NCBI GenBank assembly: GCA_963675595.2
Contig: CAXXLZ010000001.1
Span: 256,001 to 320,000 of the forward strand
Origin: Thermodesulfobacteriota bacterium
Lineage (GTDB): Bacteria > Desulfobacterota > Desulfarculia > JACQYL01
Direction: 5' to 3'
Length of the DNA: 64,000 bases
The notes under the pieces were generated by a model that worked only from the letters and a program-made list of their open reading frames with translations, did no database searches and was not told the DNA's origin. Positions 47,540 through 57,198 of the stretch are shown one piece after another (within the stretch, counting starts at the first letter, position 1; every line of letters begins with the position of its first letter). A program made the translations under genes and the position numbers.

Positions 47540-47761
47540 TCAACCTCAGGAAAAGGGTGAAGACGACGGTCCGCAACTCGAACGGGCTGATGAGGCAACG
47601 CTCCCGTTTAGAGGACCGGAGCAGGTCGCAAAGGCGGATAGGAGTCTCTTTGGGTTGGATGCTCCACACTTGGGGCATTTGACCTCTGCAACCTTTCCCA
47701 AGGAGACGATTTCTTCAAAGTGGTGTGAGCATTGGTCGCAACAAAACTCGTACAACGGCAT
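47540..47761 (-). CDS. FmdB-family zinc-ribbon protein, putative C-terminal Sec-Gly
   Basis: MPLYEFCCDQC...CPKCG...KRLLSAF; GGAGG SD; ends TCC TGA GGT TGA with a hairpin starting 11 nt after the first TGA. Confidence 0.78.
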
Positions 47762-47925
47762 ACGTTTTTTCCTCCGGCGCACTGTACGCTCCTTCCAGGA
47801 GCGTCGTATGAGTTCAATTCACTGTTAAACATTTTCCAGTTTTTTTCAAGGAGCATATCCCTCCCGGACCGGGAGCCGTTCCTTCGGCCGCTCCGGAGAC
47901 TCCGTTTCAGCGGCTTCAGGTTTCA

Positions 47926-48141
47926 TCAGCCTCACCCGCAACAGGATCTTTTAACGGCTGGACTAGGCGATCCTTCCCGGCCTTGTTCGGCACTTGTTCG
48001 TTTCTTGACGTCGCATCCCGAACGGCCCGTATTCCGGCTTCCGCAATGGGGGCATTTCTCTTTTCGCAGCCTCCACCCTCTCGCGACAGCCGAAAATACG
48101 CTCTCACAGTCCCCACACACGAATGTTACAGGCGCTTTCAT
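47926..48141 (-). CDS. Small zinc-ribbon protein, putative C-terminal CCG-Sec-Gly
   Basis: CGDC and CPHC pairs; AGGAGG SD; ends TGC GGG TGA GGC TGA TGA followed by a hairpin. Confidence 0.65.
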
Positions 48142-48194
48142 CCCGTGCCTCCTTTCGTCCGCATTTATATATAGACCCGTGAACGGCGAAGAGG

Positions 48195-48986
48195 TTACAC
48201 GTTTCTATGGATAGGAGTGAAGAAAACCTTTTCCGAAGGCTTCGCGTCCAGAAACCCGGCGACGGGACTCAGGTCGGCCAAGCGACGGGTAAGGTTGGGC
48301 CAAAACCCCTCTCCACCCAAGTGGAGCCACCCGCCGATGTGGACGAGAACACCGCCTGATGCGGCCTTTGTCCGAGCCCAAAGACGCCGGATTTTACGCT
48401 CCATGGTATCGGTCCTTCGATTCCATTCCACCGACGTATCGCCATCCATAAGAATCAGCTCCCAAGGCGCAGACTTTCCGTGAAAGCGGACGGCCACTTG
48501 CTTTCTGAGGTTTTCGAAACTCTCGGATGGGTGACGGGGCGCGAGTCTAAGCATGGCCTCGAGATTGGGCATCGAGATCAGTTCTTCGAGAAATGGGAGC
48601 TTGTTTTTTGAGGATTCCGAGTCGTCCGTGCAAACCACCGTTGTAGACCTGGAATGGGCGTAGTCCCGGCTCGCGCTGAACTCGAAAGGCAGGGCGATCT
48701 GGTTCCTGATGTTCCGAAATGGCTCGAGCTGGAGGATGGACTCGATCTCAAGGTTTCTTTTTTTTGCCAGAAGACGCAGCCGCTCATCGAGGAGTTGCAG
48801 TTGTCTACGGGCGTGCTTCATTCGGAAACGGACTGCATAGGGACTGGTTTCGACACTGACGATCGTGGGACCGATGCGGTCGAGCATTCGCTTAAGCAGT
48901 TCTTCCCCTCTCGGGTCCCTGTGGATCGTACCAAGAAGGAAAAGACGGGCTTCCGGAACGGCTGTGGAGTCCGCCGAAGGGCTCAA
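48195..48986 (-). CDS. Hypothetical protein
   Basis: 263-aa ORF overlapping the HDOD gene stop; LLGTIHRDP and HIGGWLH motifs. Confidence 0.65.
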   Translation of the reverse strand: MSPSADSTAVPEARLFLLGTIHRDPRGEELLKRMLDRIGPTIVSVETSPYAVRFRMKHARRQLQLLDERLRLLAKKRNLEIESILQLEPFRNIRNQIALPFEFSASRDYAHSRSTTVVCTDDSESSKNKLPFLEELISMPNLEAMLRLAPRHPSESFENLRKQVAVRFHGKSAPWELILMDGDTSVEWNRRTDTMERKIRRLWARTKAASGGVLVHIGGWLHLGGEGFWPNLTRRLADLSPVAGFLDAKPSEKVFFTPIHRNV

Positions 48987-49825
48987 GTCTTCAGGAGGAA
49001 GGGCGTTCGTTTGAGCTCTCGCTTCAGTTCGGCGAGGCTGCGATCCATGACGTCCTCCGTCAATCCCGCAATTTCCAGAACGTCGCGAAACTCACGGAAG
49101 CTCCAATTATCCACGCCGAGTCCGATGCCGGCCAGCTTGCAGCATCGGTCGGCGAGATAGATCAGGGCCGTGATGGGGTGCCCTTTCCGAACTTCCTCAA
49201 TGGTGTGGTGAGTGCGTATGGGTTCACTGATGCTTGACGGGAGCTGCCATTTATCGGCCACCTCTCCCCCCACGGCGGCGTGGTCGATACCGATGATCTC
49301 TCGTTCCGCTTCCACGAAAGTGTAATTCTCTTCAGTAACCAAGTGCATAATTTCCCGAAATCGGTCTTGGACAAAAGAGTTCAGAACGACCTTGCCGATG
49401 TCGTGCAGCAGGCCGGCGGTGAAGAGGGCCGAGGGGTCCGCCTCAGGATTGGAAGCACCCAGAATTTGCGCCAGGAGGGCGCAGGAAACGGAGTGACGCC
49501 ACATCTCCCGAGCCGCCATTCCGTACCCGGGAACATCGGTGGTGTAGTAACTTAGAGACCCTCCGATGACGGCCAGCTCGATCACCTCCTGTGGGCCCAG
49601 AAGCTGAACGGCGCGCCGAAGAGAGCTGATTTCCTCCTGAAAGCCGAAATATCCCGAGTTACATAGCCGCAGCACCGTGGCTGTGATGTTTTGGTCGTAC
49701 TTGATCACATCCACAATCTCTCCCGGAGGAGCGTTCCGGCTCCGCATCAGATCGAAGGCTCTGTGAACCGTCGCCGGAAAAGGAGGAAGACTTTTGATGG
49801 AATAGAGTATTTTCTGACCCACCAT
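48983..49825 (-). CDS. HDOD domain protein
   Basis: SLPPFP, DQNITATVLRLCNSGYFG, WRHS, AGLLHDIGK, GIDHAAVG. Confidence 0.92.
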   Translation of the reverse strand: MVGQKILYSIKSLPPFPATVHRAFDLMRSRNAPPGEIVDVIKYDQNITATVLRLCNSGYFGFQEEISSLRRAVQLLGPQEVIELAVIGGSLSYYTTDVPGYGMAAREMWRHSVSCALLAQILGASNPEADPSALFTAGLLHDIGKVVLNSFVQDRFREIMHLVTEENYTFVEAEREIIGIDHAAVGGEVADKWQLPSSISEPIRTHHTIEEVRKGHPITALIYLADRCCKLAGIGLGVDNWSFREFRDVLEIAGLTEDVMDRSLAELKRELKRTPFLLKT

Positions 49826-50140
49826 CAGCGCGTTACCTCGGACAGGTAATAGGTGATCCCCTGAAATCGTTCCATTCGGAGCGACGGCTCCGGGAAGGCG
49901 CGGGGAGCGGATCGGGAGCGGCGAGGGCTTCCTTCGGGTCCCGTACCGATTTTCGAGCTTTCAAAAAAGCCGGACAACGGGCTTGGCCTGCAAAGGCGCT
50001 GTCTGAAGGCAAGAGGCATAAACGTATGGAAAAACGCTCCTGAGAAAAGGGTTCCGGAACCTTCCCTTGCCTCTCCATATCCGATCCGTCTCGGTCCGGC
50101 GGGAGATGTCGGAAGAAGGGGGTGCTCTCCGTAGGTCGCC

Positions 50141-51136
50141 TTATGAACCACCTTCATGTTGCGGTGTCCTGTGAGCGCCTTCCGTTGTTTTGTATCCTGT
50201 TTGAGGATTCGCGCGGCTACAGACCACATGACGCAACGAATCCGCCGCCGCCGGGGAAATTACCGCCCCGGACTCCGTAAAATCATCCAGAGGAGCGTGA
50301 GCGGCGGGCGTCTGAAAATAGGCCACCTTTGTAGCCGCGCCGTTGGCGAATTCCCATGAGAACGCCTCGGATTCATCCTGCAGCCTGACAAGGCTCTCCC
50401 TTGGGAGGCCGGAAGAAATGTCCGCCGTCAGCAGTTGATCAAGTGTTTCCTTTCCCGTGATCACAACGAGGCGGGGACGGAAATACTCAAGAAATCGCCG
50501 AGTGTGCATTTCAAAACAAGGGGCTGCGGCATTTCTCACACCCGTGCCTTCCATATCCGTCTTACAGTGGACCAGTGGAAGGATGATGGAATGCTTTCCG
50601 AGTATACCTTCGGGGTCGTCGTAGCCAAGCGTTTCCAAAGCGGAACGGTTCAAAATGGAGCGGGTCACCGCGGATAGGAGAGTCCAGAGTTCATGAACAT
50701 GGTGCTTGTCCTGTGCCGCGCCTTCGGGTTTTGAATAGACCAGGGCTCCATCCCCCGACCTTCTTCGAATGGTTACAGTTCCGAAAGTCGTCAGGGATTG
50801 ATCTTCCCCGGGCAGTATGAACCTTCCCAATCGGTCCGCGAAACGCCGGGTGTAGAAACTCTCGTACGACGGTAGGTCGTGGCTGAGCGTGGGCACATTC
50901 CGTTCTCCCGGGCACAGTCGCCCCGCCTCAACCAGAAAGAGGAGGGGGATTCTTCTTTCACCTTGAACCTCGGGAATGAGCGTCGGCTCGATGCCGGTCC
51001 ATGGCTCTGGAAGGTGAAGTTCGGACTTATGCCGCAGAGCGGCGGACTTGAACTGATTTCCGACGATTTCGGCGCACGAGTTGGGCTGCTTTTTAAGCGC
51101 CTCCATCATGCGCGCACATCTCCACAAAGTTTGCAA
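50141..51136 (-). CDS. Hypothetical protein, possibly distant uracil-DNA-glycosylase-like fold
   Basis: Long ORF; LPEPWTG, PLVHCK and FRPRLVVITGK loosely recall UDG-like proteins. Confidence 0.5.
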   Translation of the reverse strand: MQTLWRCARMMEALKKQPNSCAEIVGNQFKSAALRHKSELHLPEPWTGIEPTLIPEVQGERRIPLLFLVEAGRLCPGERNVPTLSHDLPSYESFYTRRFADRLGRFILPGEDQSLTTFGTVTIRRRSGDGALVYSKPEGAAQDKHHVHELWTLLSAVTRSILNRSALETLGYDDPEGILGKHSIILPLVHCKTDMEGTGVRNAAAPCFEMHTRRFLEYFRPRLVVITGKETLDQLLTADISSGLPRESLVRLQDESEAFSWEFANGAATKVAYFQTPAAHAPLDDFTESGAVISPAAADSLRHVVCSRANPQTGYKTTEGAHRTPQHEGGS

Positions 51137-51246
51137 TATCCATTCCTCCGGCGATTCGGCGGGTCCGGGATCCTATAAGGCTTTTCGGGAAGAACCTCTC
51201 TGCGAGCCCGCCGGTCGATCTGATTGCTCTCCTCGGAAGGAGACGG

Positions 51247-51753
51247 CTAGGGCGCTTTGACGAAGAGTTCGTCGATGAGAAGACGATTGGTGTCCGAGAG
51301 GTCTTCGAACTCGACGGCAACGCCGATTCGATCGCGGTGGATATTGACTCGCAATATTTTGCCTTTAATCTCCATAGGTTCGGACATCATGGGATGTTGG
51401 AGATAAACCAGTATATCCGGCAGCCCCTGGTCTTTGTTCCATTCGGGTAATCTGGTCGAAGTGTTGGTTTCCATGAACAGTCCACCGGAACTGATGTCCT
51501 TGATCACGGACACGTGGATTTCTTCGGAAGCCGGTAGTCGCCATTTGACCGGGGCCACGAGTCTTTTTCGTGTGTGTCTGCGACGCTCTTGAGCGGGCTC
51601 TCTGACCCAGGAAACCCCGCGATCTTCAAGGTAGTCGGTAATTGTTTTCAGGATCAAGGAGGCGAGGGAACGTCGTTCCTTGCGAGCGATCTTTTCCAGA
51701 GCCTGCCGGATTTCAGTGGGCATTCGAAAAGAGTAGACAGGATCGTAAGACAC
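51247..51753 (-). CDS. Ribbon-helix-helix / PilZ fusion protein
   Basis: GTG start with AAGGGGA SD; YSFRMPTEIRQALEKIARKERRSLASLILK (RHH-like); ERRRHTR and DISSGG PilZ motifs. Confidence 0.82.
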   Translation of the reverse strand: MSYDPVYSFRMPTEIRQALEKIARKERRSLASLILKTITDYLEDRGVSWVREPAQERRRHTRKRLVAPVKWRLPASEEIHVSVIKDISSGGLFMETNTSTRLPEWNKDQGLPDILVYLQHPMMSEPMEIKGKILRVNIHRDRIGVAVEFEDLSDTNRLLIDELFVKAP

Positions 51754-52133
51754 GTAGTTTTCCCCTTGTATTCGTTTGGGATCAGAAGCAACGACGCTTG
51801 GCCGTAAGTTGTCACAATTTGCATGACAGATCAAGGAAAAAGTGCGGCGATCCGTGTGCGGCGGATTCAACCGTCGGAGAGGAGCCGGGCGTTGCGACAC
51901 TCATCGGTTTTTTGGAAAGGAATCCGTTCGGAAACCATGCCCCACCCTTGAAAACCTTTCCCCGAAGCATTAAAATTTTATAGTACGATTTTTGTAGGGC
52001 GGCAGCCCTCTTTTTTTCGATTGGAGATTGTTCCCGTGGGAAGTACCTCGAAGGCCGGTCGAGCCGGCCTTTGCGCACAGACAACCGGAACCTTCAGAGC
52101 AAACAGGACTGAACGTTAAAGGAGAGTAACGCG

Positions 52134-52838
52134 ATGAGGAGTGTTGCCTATTCGCAGGAGAAGGCCCAAGTGGTGGTAAACGACTTCATAAGAAGCGTTT
52201 ACAACTGGATGGTGATGGGGTTGGGTCTGACGGGAATCATGGCCTATTACGTGTCGGGCAGCGAGACATTGGTCAGGCTGATTTTCGGGAATCAGATTCT
52301 CTTCTGGGGCTTGGTTATCGGTGAGCTTGTGCTGGTTTTCGCCATCAGTGGTCGGATTCAGCGTATGTCGGGGCAAACGGCGACGGCTCTGTTTCTTCTT
52401 TATTCCGCTTTAAACGGAATGACCCTTTCATTTGTTTTCCTCGCCTATGCGGGCAGCTCAATAGCAAGGGTATTCTTCATCACGGCGGGGACTTACGCCG
52501 TTTCCAGCATCTATGGGATGACCACTAAAAGGGATCTGACTTCGTTGGGAAGCTTTCTCTTCATGGGGCTCATCGGCATTATCTTGGCCTCGGTGGTGAA
52601 CCTGTTCGTCCACTCCACCGCCATGCAGATGATCATATGCTACGTGGGGGTGCTGGTGTTCGTGGGATTGACCGCCTACGACACCCAGCAGATCAAGGAG
52701 ATGGCTCTTTCAAGGCCCGCCGGCTTGGACGCGGACGTGCAACGGAAAGGCGCCATCCTGGGAGCTCTTCGGCTCTACCTGGATTTCATCAACCTGTTCC
52801 TCATGATGCTGCAGATATTCGGAGGATCAAGAGAGTAA
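52134..52838 (+). CDS. Bax inhibitor-1/YccA family membrane protein
   Basis: About seven TMs; TAYDTQQIK and GALRLYLDFINLF. Confidence 0.93.
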   Translation: MRSVAYSQEKAQVVVNDFIRSVYNWMVMGLGLTGIMAYYVSGSETLVRLIFGNQILFWGLVIGELVLVFAISGRIQRMSGQTATALFLLYSALNGMTLSFVFLAYAGSSIARVFFITAGTYAVSSIYGMTTKRDLTSLGSFLFMGLIGIILASVVNLFVHSTAMQMIICYVGVLVFVGLTAYDTQQIKEMALSRPAGLDADVQRKGAILGALRLYLDFINLFLMMLQIFGGSRE

Positions 52839-52866
52839 TTCGACCGAGATGTTCCTGATTCAGAAG

Positions 52867-52908
52867 AAAAGATTCCGCCGGCCATATTGCGCCGGCGGAA
52901 TCTTTTTT
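52867..52908. terminator. Bidirectional intrinsic terminator
   Basis: AAAAGATTCCGCCGGC / GCCGGCGGAATCTTTTTT between convergent genes. Confidence 0.85.
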
Positions 52909-53002
52909 GGGGGGGGACCGGAAACGGGAATGTGAAACCGCGGAAAAGCCGCCGGCGACAAAGCCCCAAGCTCGCTCCTCGTGGGCTCTCTATTCGGCAG
53001 GC

Positions 53003-53302
53003 TTATGCGGGCAACCGGTTCAGCGGCTCTTCGCAAAACGGGCATGAGAGCAAAAGAACGATGTCCTCTTGGGGGTCAAGAGGGTTCTTTTCCTTGCCGA
53101 AGCCGGAGGACTGGCAGAAGATGCATTTGTAGACCACATATGAGCGCTTCTTGTGAAAACAGGAAGAACATACGAACCCGATGATCTCCATGAAGTAACA
53201 AGACTCTTTGTTGATGGGTTGTCCACAGAGCCCGCATACTTCCAGGCTGTAACGCATGCGGGTTTCGGATAGACGGGGAATGGAAGGGTCCCGGCTAAGC
53301 AT
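53003..53302 (-). CDS. Small protein with four CxxC motifs
   Basis: CGLC, CSSC, CIFC, CPFC; GGAG SD; ends before the bidirectional terminator. Confidence 0.6.
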   Translation of the reverse strand: MLSRDPSIPRLSETRMRYSLEVCGLCGQPINKESCYFMEIIGFVCSSCFHKKRSYVVYKCIFCQSSGFGKEKNPLDPQEDIVLLLSCPFCEEPLNRLPA

Positions 53303-53474
53303 ATCTTATCTCCGTTCAAACCGCGCTCGAAACCCCTGCCGCTCCCGGGACAAGAGTACGTTCGTCCCGAAACGTCGGAATTGTCGGGGGCTGCGCCGCG
53401 GGCGCTCCCGTAGCTTATGATAATGGGCAGACCAGCTGTCTCTATTATCGGCGAAAGTTCCCACGGACTTTAGC

Positions 53475-53593
53475 CGGCTCTTGAAAAACGCGATCCGCCG
53501 CGTTGCGCTTCATCCCTCATTATTTCGGCGTACTACATGTACGTTTTGTTCGGGGTTTGCGCGCCTTGACAATCATCGTTTTCCATCAGCCTG
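53475..53593. mobile_element. MITE-like palindromic repeat, copy 2
   Basis: TTGAAAAACGCGAT..CGTTGCGC.TCATCCCTC..CGTAC..CGCGCCTTG..TCATCGTTTT shared with 17548-17671. Confidence 0.65.
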
Positions 53594-53776
53594 GGCCGGC
53601 CGAACTCTTTCCACGAGTCGGCCGGTCATTCCGAAGGTGCCGGACTCACACGGACTCTCGACTTCCTAAGTCATTGCCGTTGATGGAAGTGAAAGGTATA
53701 CTAAAAAACTCATGGTCGGCGCCGCCCCGCTTCCGGCCCCGAACGGCACCAACTACCACCGTAGAGGGTTTTGACC

Positions 53777-54484
53777 ATGATTCACTTCATTCCCTCCCAT
53801 CAACGGCATTTTGCCGATTTCGGTCGCCTCAAGACCTATTGGTTGTTTTCCTTTTCAGACTACTATGATCCCGAGAACGTACAATTCGGGGCGCTGAGGG
53901 TTTTCAACGACGACGTGCTCCAACCGGGATTCGGATTTCCAGCCCACTCGCACGACGAGATGGAGATCATTACCCTGGTTCTGAAGGGAGAACTCACGCA
54001 TAAGGACAGTACGGGAGTCGCCTCCTCCATTCGAGCCGGGGAAGTGCAAGCCATGACCGCCGGCACGGGAATCACCCATTCCGAATATAATCAGGGGGCG
54101 GAACCGGTTCACCTCTACCAGATTTGGATTCACCCGGAGGTGGAGGGATTGACTCCCGGCTATCGCCGAGAGGATTTCAGCGGGCACGAAAAGCGTGACC
54201 AATGGCTTCCCATCGTCTCCGGACAAGGCAAAGGTGACGCGCTTCCGATCCGGTCGGACTCTTCGATTTACCTGACGGAACTTTCTCAAGGCGTCGAACT
54301 TCACTTCGAATCGGACCATCAAAGAAAGAAGTTTGTCTACGTCACAGCCGGAACTGCGGAGCTGAACGGGCAAACACTGACTGAAGGAGACCAGGCGCGC
54401 GTGGAAAGTGAGTCTTTCCTGTCCTTCAAAGCGCTCGAAACCGCTTCGATGGTCCTCCTTGATTTGCCCCGGGGCCGCAAGTAG
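53777..54484 (+). CDS. Pirin family protein
   Basis: FGALRVFNDD, AHSHDEMEII, MTAGTGITHSE, LYQIWI. Confidence 0.92.
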   Translation: MIHFIPSHQRHFADFGRLKTYWLFSFSDYYDPENVQFGALRVFNDDVLQPGFGFPAHSHDEMEIITLVLKGELTHKDSTGVASSIRAGEVQAMTAGTGITHSEYNQGAEPVHLYQIWIHPEVEGLTPGYRREDFSGHEKRDQWLPIVSGQGKGDALPIRSDSSIYLTELSQGVELHFESDHQRKKFVYVTAGTAELNGQTLTEGDQARVESESFLSFKALETASMVLLDLPRGRK

Positions 54485-54636
54485 GGTCCCCTGCGAACCG
54501 CACTCCGAGGGAGTGCGCCTCATCGTTCTCCCTCGATACAGGCTGCGAACTCCCTCTGCAATAAGCCGATACCAGGTCGGCTTTTTTGAGCCGGCCGATT
54601 TCCTGACTCGTTTCAGGAAAAGAGGAGCGTGGCGGC

Positions 54637-57006
54637 TTGAAAAAGCGAATTCTGTGGCTCGGCCTCGGATTACTCGGACTCATCTCTCTTCTTCCGGTTG
54701 TCGGCTTCCTTTGGTGGCGGGTGCAGGTGGGAAGAAATCTCCCCCGGCTTGACGGTACGGTAACGGTTCCGGGGCTTGCCGCCGCCGTCGATATCATTCG
54801 CGACGAATTCGGTGTGCCTCATATATTCGCTGAAAGCGAACCCGACCTTTTCTTGTCCCTGGGATTTGTCATGGCCCAGGATCGCCTCTGGCAAATGGAT
54901 TTTCACCGACGGCTCGGCGCCGGTCGTCTGGCCGAGCTCTTCGGCGAGGAGTTGGTGGAAACGGACCTTTATTTCAGGACCCTCACCGCAGGTATGGGGC
55001 GTCCCGCAATCCCTCCGGACTCCCGACGGCTCCTCGAAGCCTTTGCCGCCGGCGTCAATGCGTACATAGAGAGTCATAGAAACCGAATGCCCGTTGAGTT
55101 CGAAATACTCAAAGTGTACCCGGAACCCTGGTCGGTCGAGGATTACTTCCCGATTCTGAAACTAGTGTGCTGGGGGTTGAGCAGCGGTTGGAGGGTCGAT
55201 CCCACTGCGGGGGGCGTCCTGGAAAAGGTGGGGGAGGAGATGATGCGCCAGGTGTACCCGGCTTGGCCCGGCGAGGCCCCGGTTACGGTTCCTTCATCGG
55301 CAATCGTCTCCTCGGGATTGCGTCTCCACGGCCTCGAGTCCGCCGTCCGCTGGAGCGGGTTTCATGCTTCGGGAGCCAGCAACAACTGGGTAATCGGGCC
55401 GAGCCGTTCCAAGAGCGGGCGTCCGATACTCGCCAATGATACCCACCTCCCTCTGATCAATCCTTCCTTCTGGTACGAAGTACGTCTAGTCTGCCCCACG
55501 ATGGACGTCTCGGGATTCGCCATTCCCGGAATTCCCGGCATCCCGGTGGGACAGAATCGCAAGGTCGCCTGGGGCGTCACCAACGTCATGCTCGACGACG
55601 TGGACTTCTTTGCGGAAAAACGCAATCCGGACAATCCAAAACAGGTCTTGTATCGAGATCGTTGGGTGGACTTGCGTGTGCATCGCGAGCGAATCCGAGT
55701 CAGGGGAGGCGGAGTCGTGGACAAAGAGGTCTTCGTGAGTCCTCACGGCCCGTTGATCACCGGAGGGGAAACCGAGAAGCGTGATTTGCCTCTGGCGGCG
55801 AGGTGGGCGTTTCGGGATCGAATTCAGACTCTGCGTTCCGCTCTTCTCTTGATGAAGTCGGAAAACGTCTTTCAAGCGATCGATGCCTTGAGAGACTGGG
55901 CCGCTCCGGCCCAGAATTTCGTGTTCGCCGATGTGCAAGGCAATTTCGGCTACTGGTGTTGCGGAACGGTTCCGGTTCGCGTCAAGGGCGACGGGCTTCT
56001 GCCCGTCCCCGGATGGGACGGGGAGTATGAATGGTCCGGGTTCGTCCCTTTTGAGGAACTTCCCCACGTTGTGAATCCCGAGTCGGGATTCGTGGCCTCG
56101 GCCAACAACAAAGTAGGCGAGGATGGAAGTGGGGCATGGCTCGGCCGCTACTGGGAACCTTCGGATCGGATCGTACGAATTCGTCGGATGATCGGCTCGC
56201 GGAGGAAATTGGGTGTCGAAGACGTCAAAGCCATGCAGCTCGACGTGACCTGTCCGCTCGCGGAGGAACTCACTCCAAGACTGGTTCGAGTGTTGAAGGA
56301 GAGGCTCCCCCGTTACGTTTGGGCAAGAACGCTGTTTGAGAACTGGGATCACGCAGTCGAAGCGGACAGCACTGCGGCCGCACTCTTCGAGACGGTCTTT
56401 GGAAGGCTGGTCTTCAATCTGTTGCACGACGAACTGGGGGACGAGCTGTTTTCGGCTTATTTGAAGGCATCGGCTTTCGTCCCCAGGGCGATGAGACACC
56501 TGACGCGCCTGGAGGAGTCGGCCTGGTTCGACCGGGTGGATACTCCACGAAGAGAAACTTTGGACGATATCCTGGAAATCAGTCTCTTGGAGGCGATCAG
56601 GGAGTTGGAAAGAAAATCCGGCGGGCATCCCGAGGAATGGACCTGGGGGCGGCTGCATCAGATCGTGTTCGTTCACCCCTTCGGACTGAAGAAGCCTCTC
56701 GACGCGCTGTTTAACCTGGGCCCTTACGCCGCACCCGGCAATCACCTCACGGTCGACAAGAATCAGTACTCCTATGGGAATCCGTTCCGCACCGAAGTGG
56801 GCGTATCTCAAAGGATGATCGTGGACCTTGCAGCCCCGGACCGCTCCTACCGGGTTCTGCCCACGGGGGAGTCCGGCAATCCCGACGGGGCACACTACGA
56901 AGACCAGACCCACCTGTACCTGAGTGGGACGTACCGGCGGTGCTGTCCGGAGTCCCCGGCTGCTTCGAAATCATCGAAGGAGAGGTTGACGCTGAAACCG
57001 GAATGA
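54637..57006 (+). CDS. Penicillin acylase family (peptidase S45) Ntn hydrolase
   Basis: IIRDEFGVPHI, AQDRLWQM, catalytic ASNNW, ILANDTHL, SANNK. Confidence 0.93.
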   Translation: MKKRILWLGLGLLGLISLLPVVGFLWWRVQVGRNLPRLDGTVTVPGLAAAVDIIRDEFGVPHIFAESEPDLFLSLGFVMAQDRLWQMDFHRRLGAGRLAELFGEELVETDLYFRTLTAGMGRPAIPPDSRRLLEAFAAGVNAYIESHRNRMPVEFEILKVYPEPWSVEDYFPILKLVCWGLSSGWRVDPTAGGVLEKVGEEMMRQVYPAWPGEAPVTVPSSAIVSSGLRLHGLESAVRWSGFHASGASNNWVIGPSRSKSGRPILANDTHLPLINPSFWYEVRLVCPTMDVSGFAIPGIPGIPVGQNRKVAWGVTNVMLDDVDFFAEKRNPDNPKQVLYRDRWVDLRVHRERIRVRGGGVVDKEVFVSPHGPLITGGETEKRDLPLAARWAFRDRIQTLRSALLLMKSENVFQAIDALRDWAAPAQNFVFADVQGNFGYWCCGTVPVRVKGDGLLPVPGWDGEYEWSGFVPFEELPHVVNPESGFVASANNKVGEDGSGAWLGRYWEPSDRIVRIRRMIGSRRKLGVEDVKAMQLDVTCPLAEELTPRLVRVLKERLPRYVWARTLFENWDHAVEADSTAAALFETVFGRLVFNLLHDELGDELFSAYLKASAFVPRAMRHLTRLEESAWFDRVDTPRRETLDDILEISLLEAIRELERKSGGHPEEWTWGRLHQIVFVHPFGLKKPLDALFNLGPYAAPGNHLTVDKNQYSYGNPFRTEVGVSQRMIVDLAAPDRSYRVLPTGESGNPDGAHYEDQTHLYLSGTYRRCCPESPAASKSSKERLTLKPE

Positions 57007-57198
57007 CGGCTCCCGGTTTGTCGGGAACGGCGGGAAAGGAGCGTTTGGTGCGAAGCAATACCGTTTACCGAGGACGGCGACGCGTAAGAGGTCCGATGGT
57101 GTTGGACGAGCGATGGTCCGGTTTGTCCGTCGGGCTCGGGAAATTATGGTGTTTCGGCCGCAACGAGTTACTCGAGGGACGAAGTGGGGAAGCCTGAC

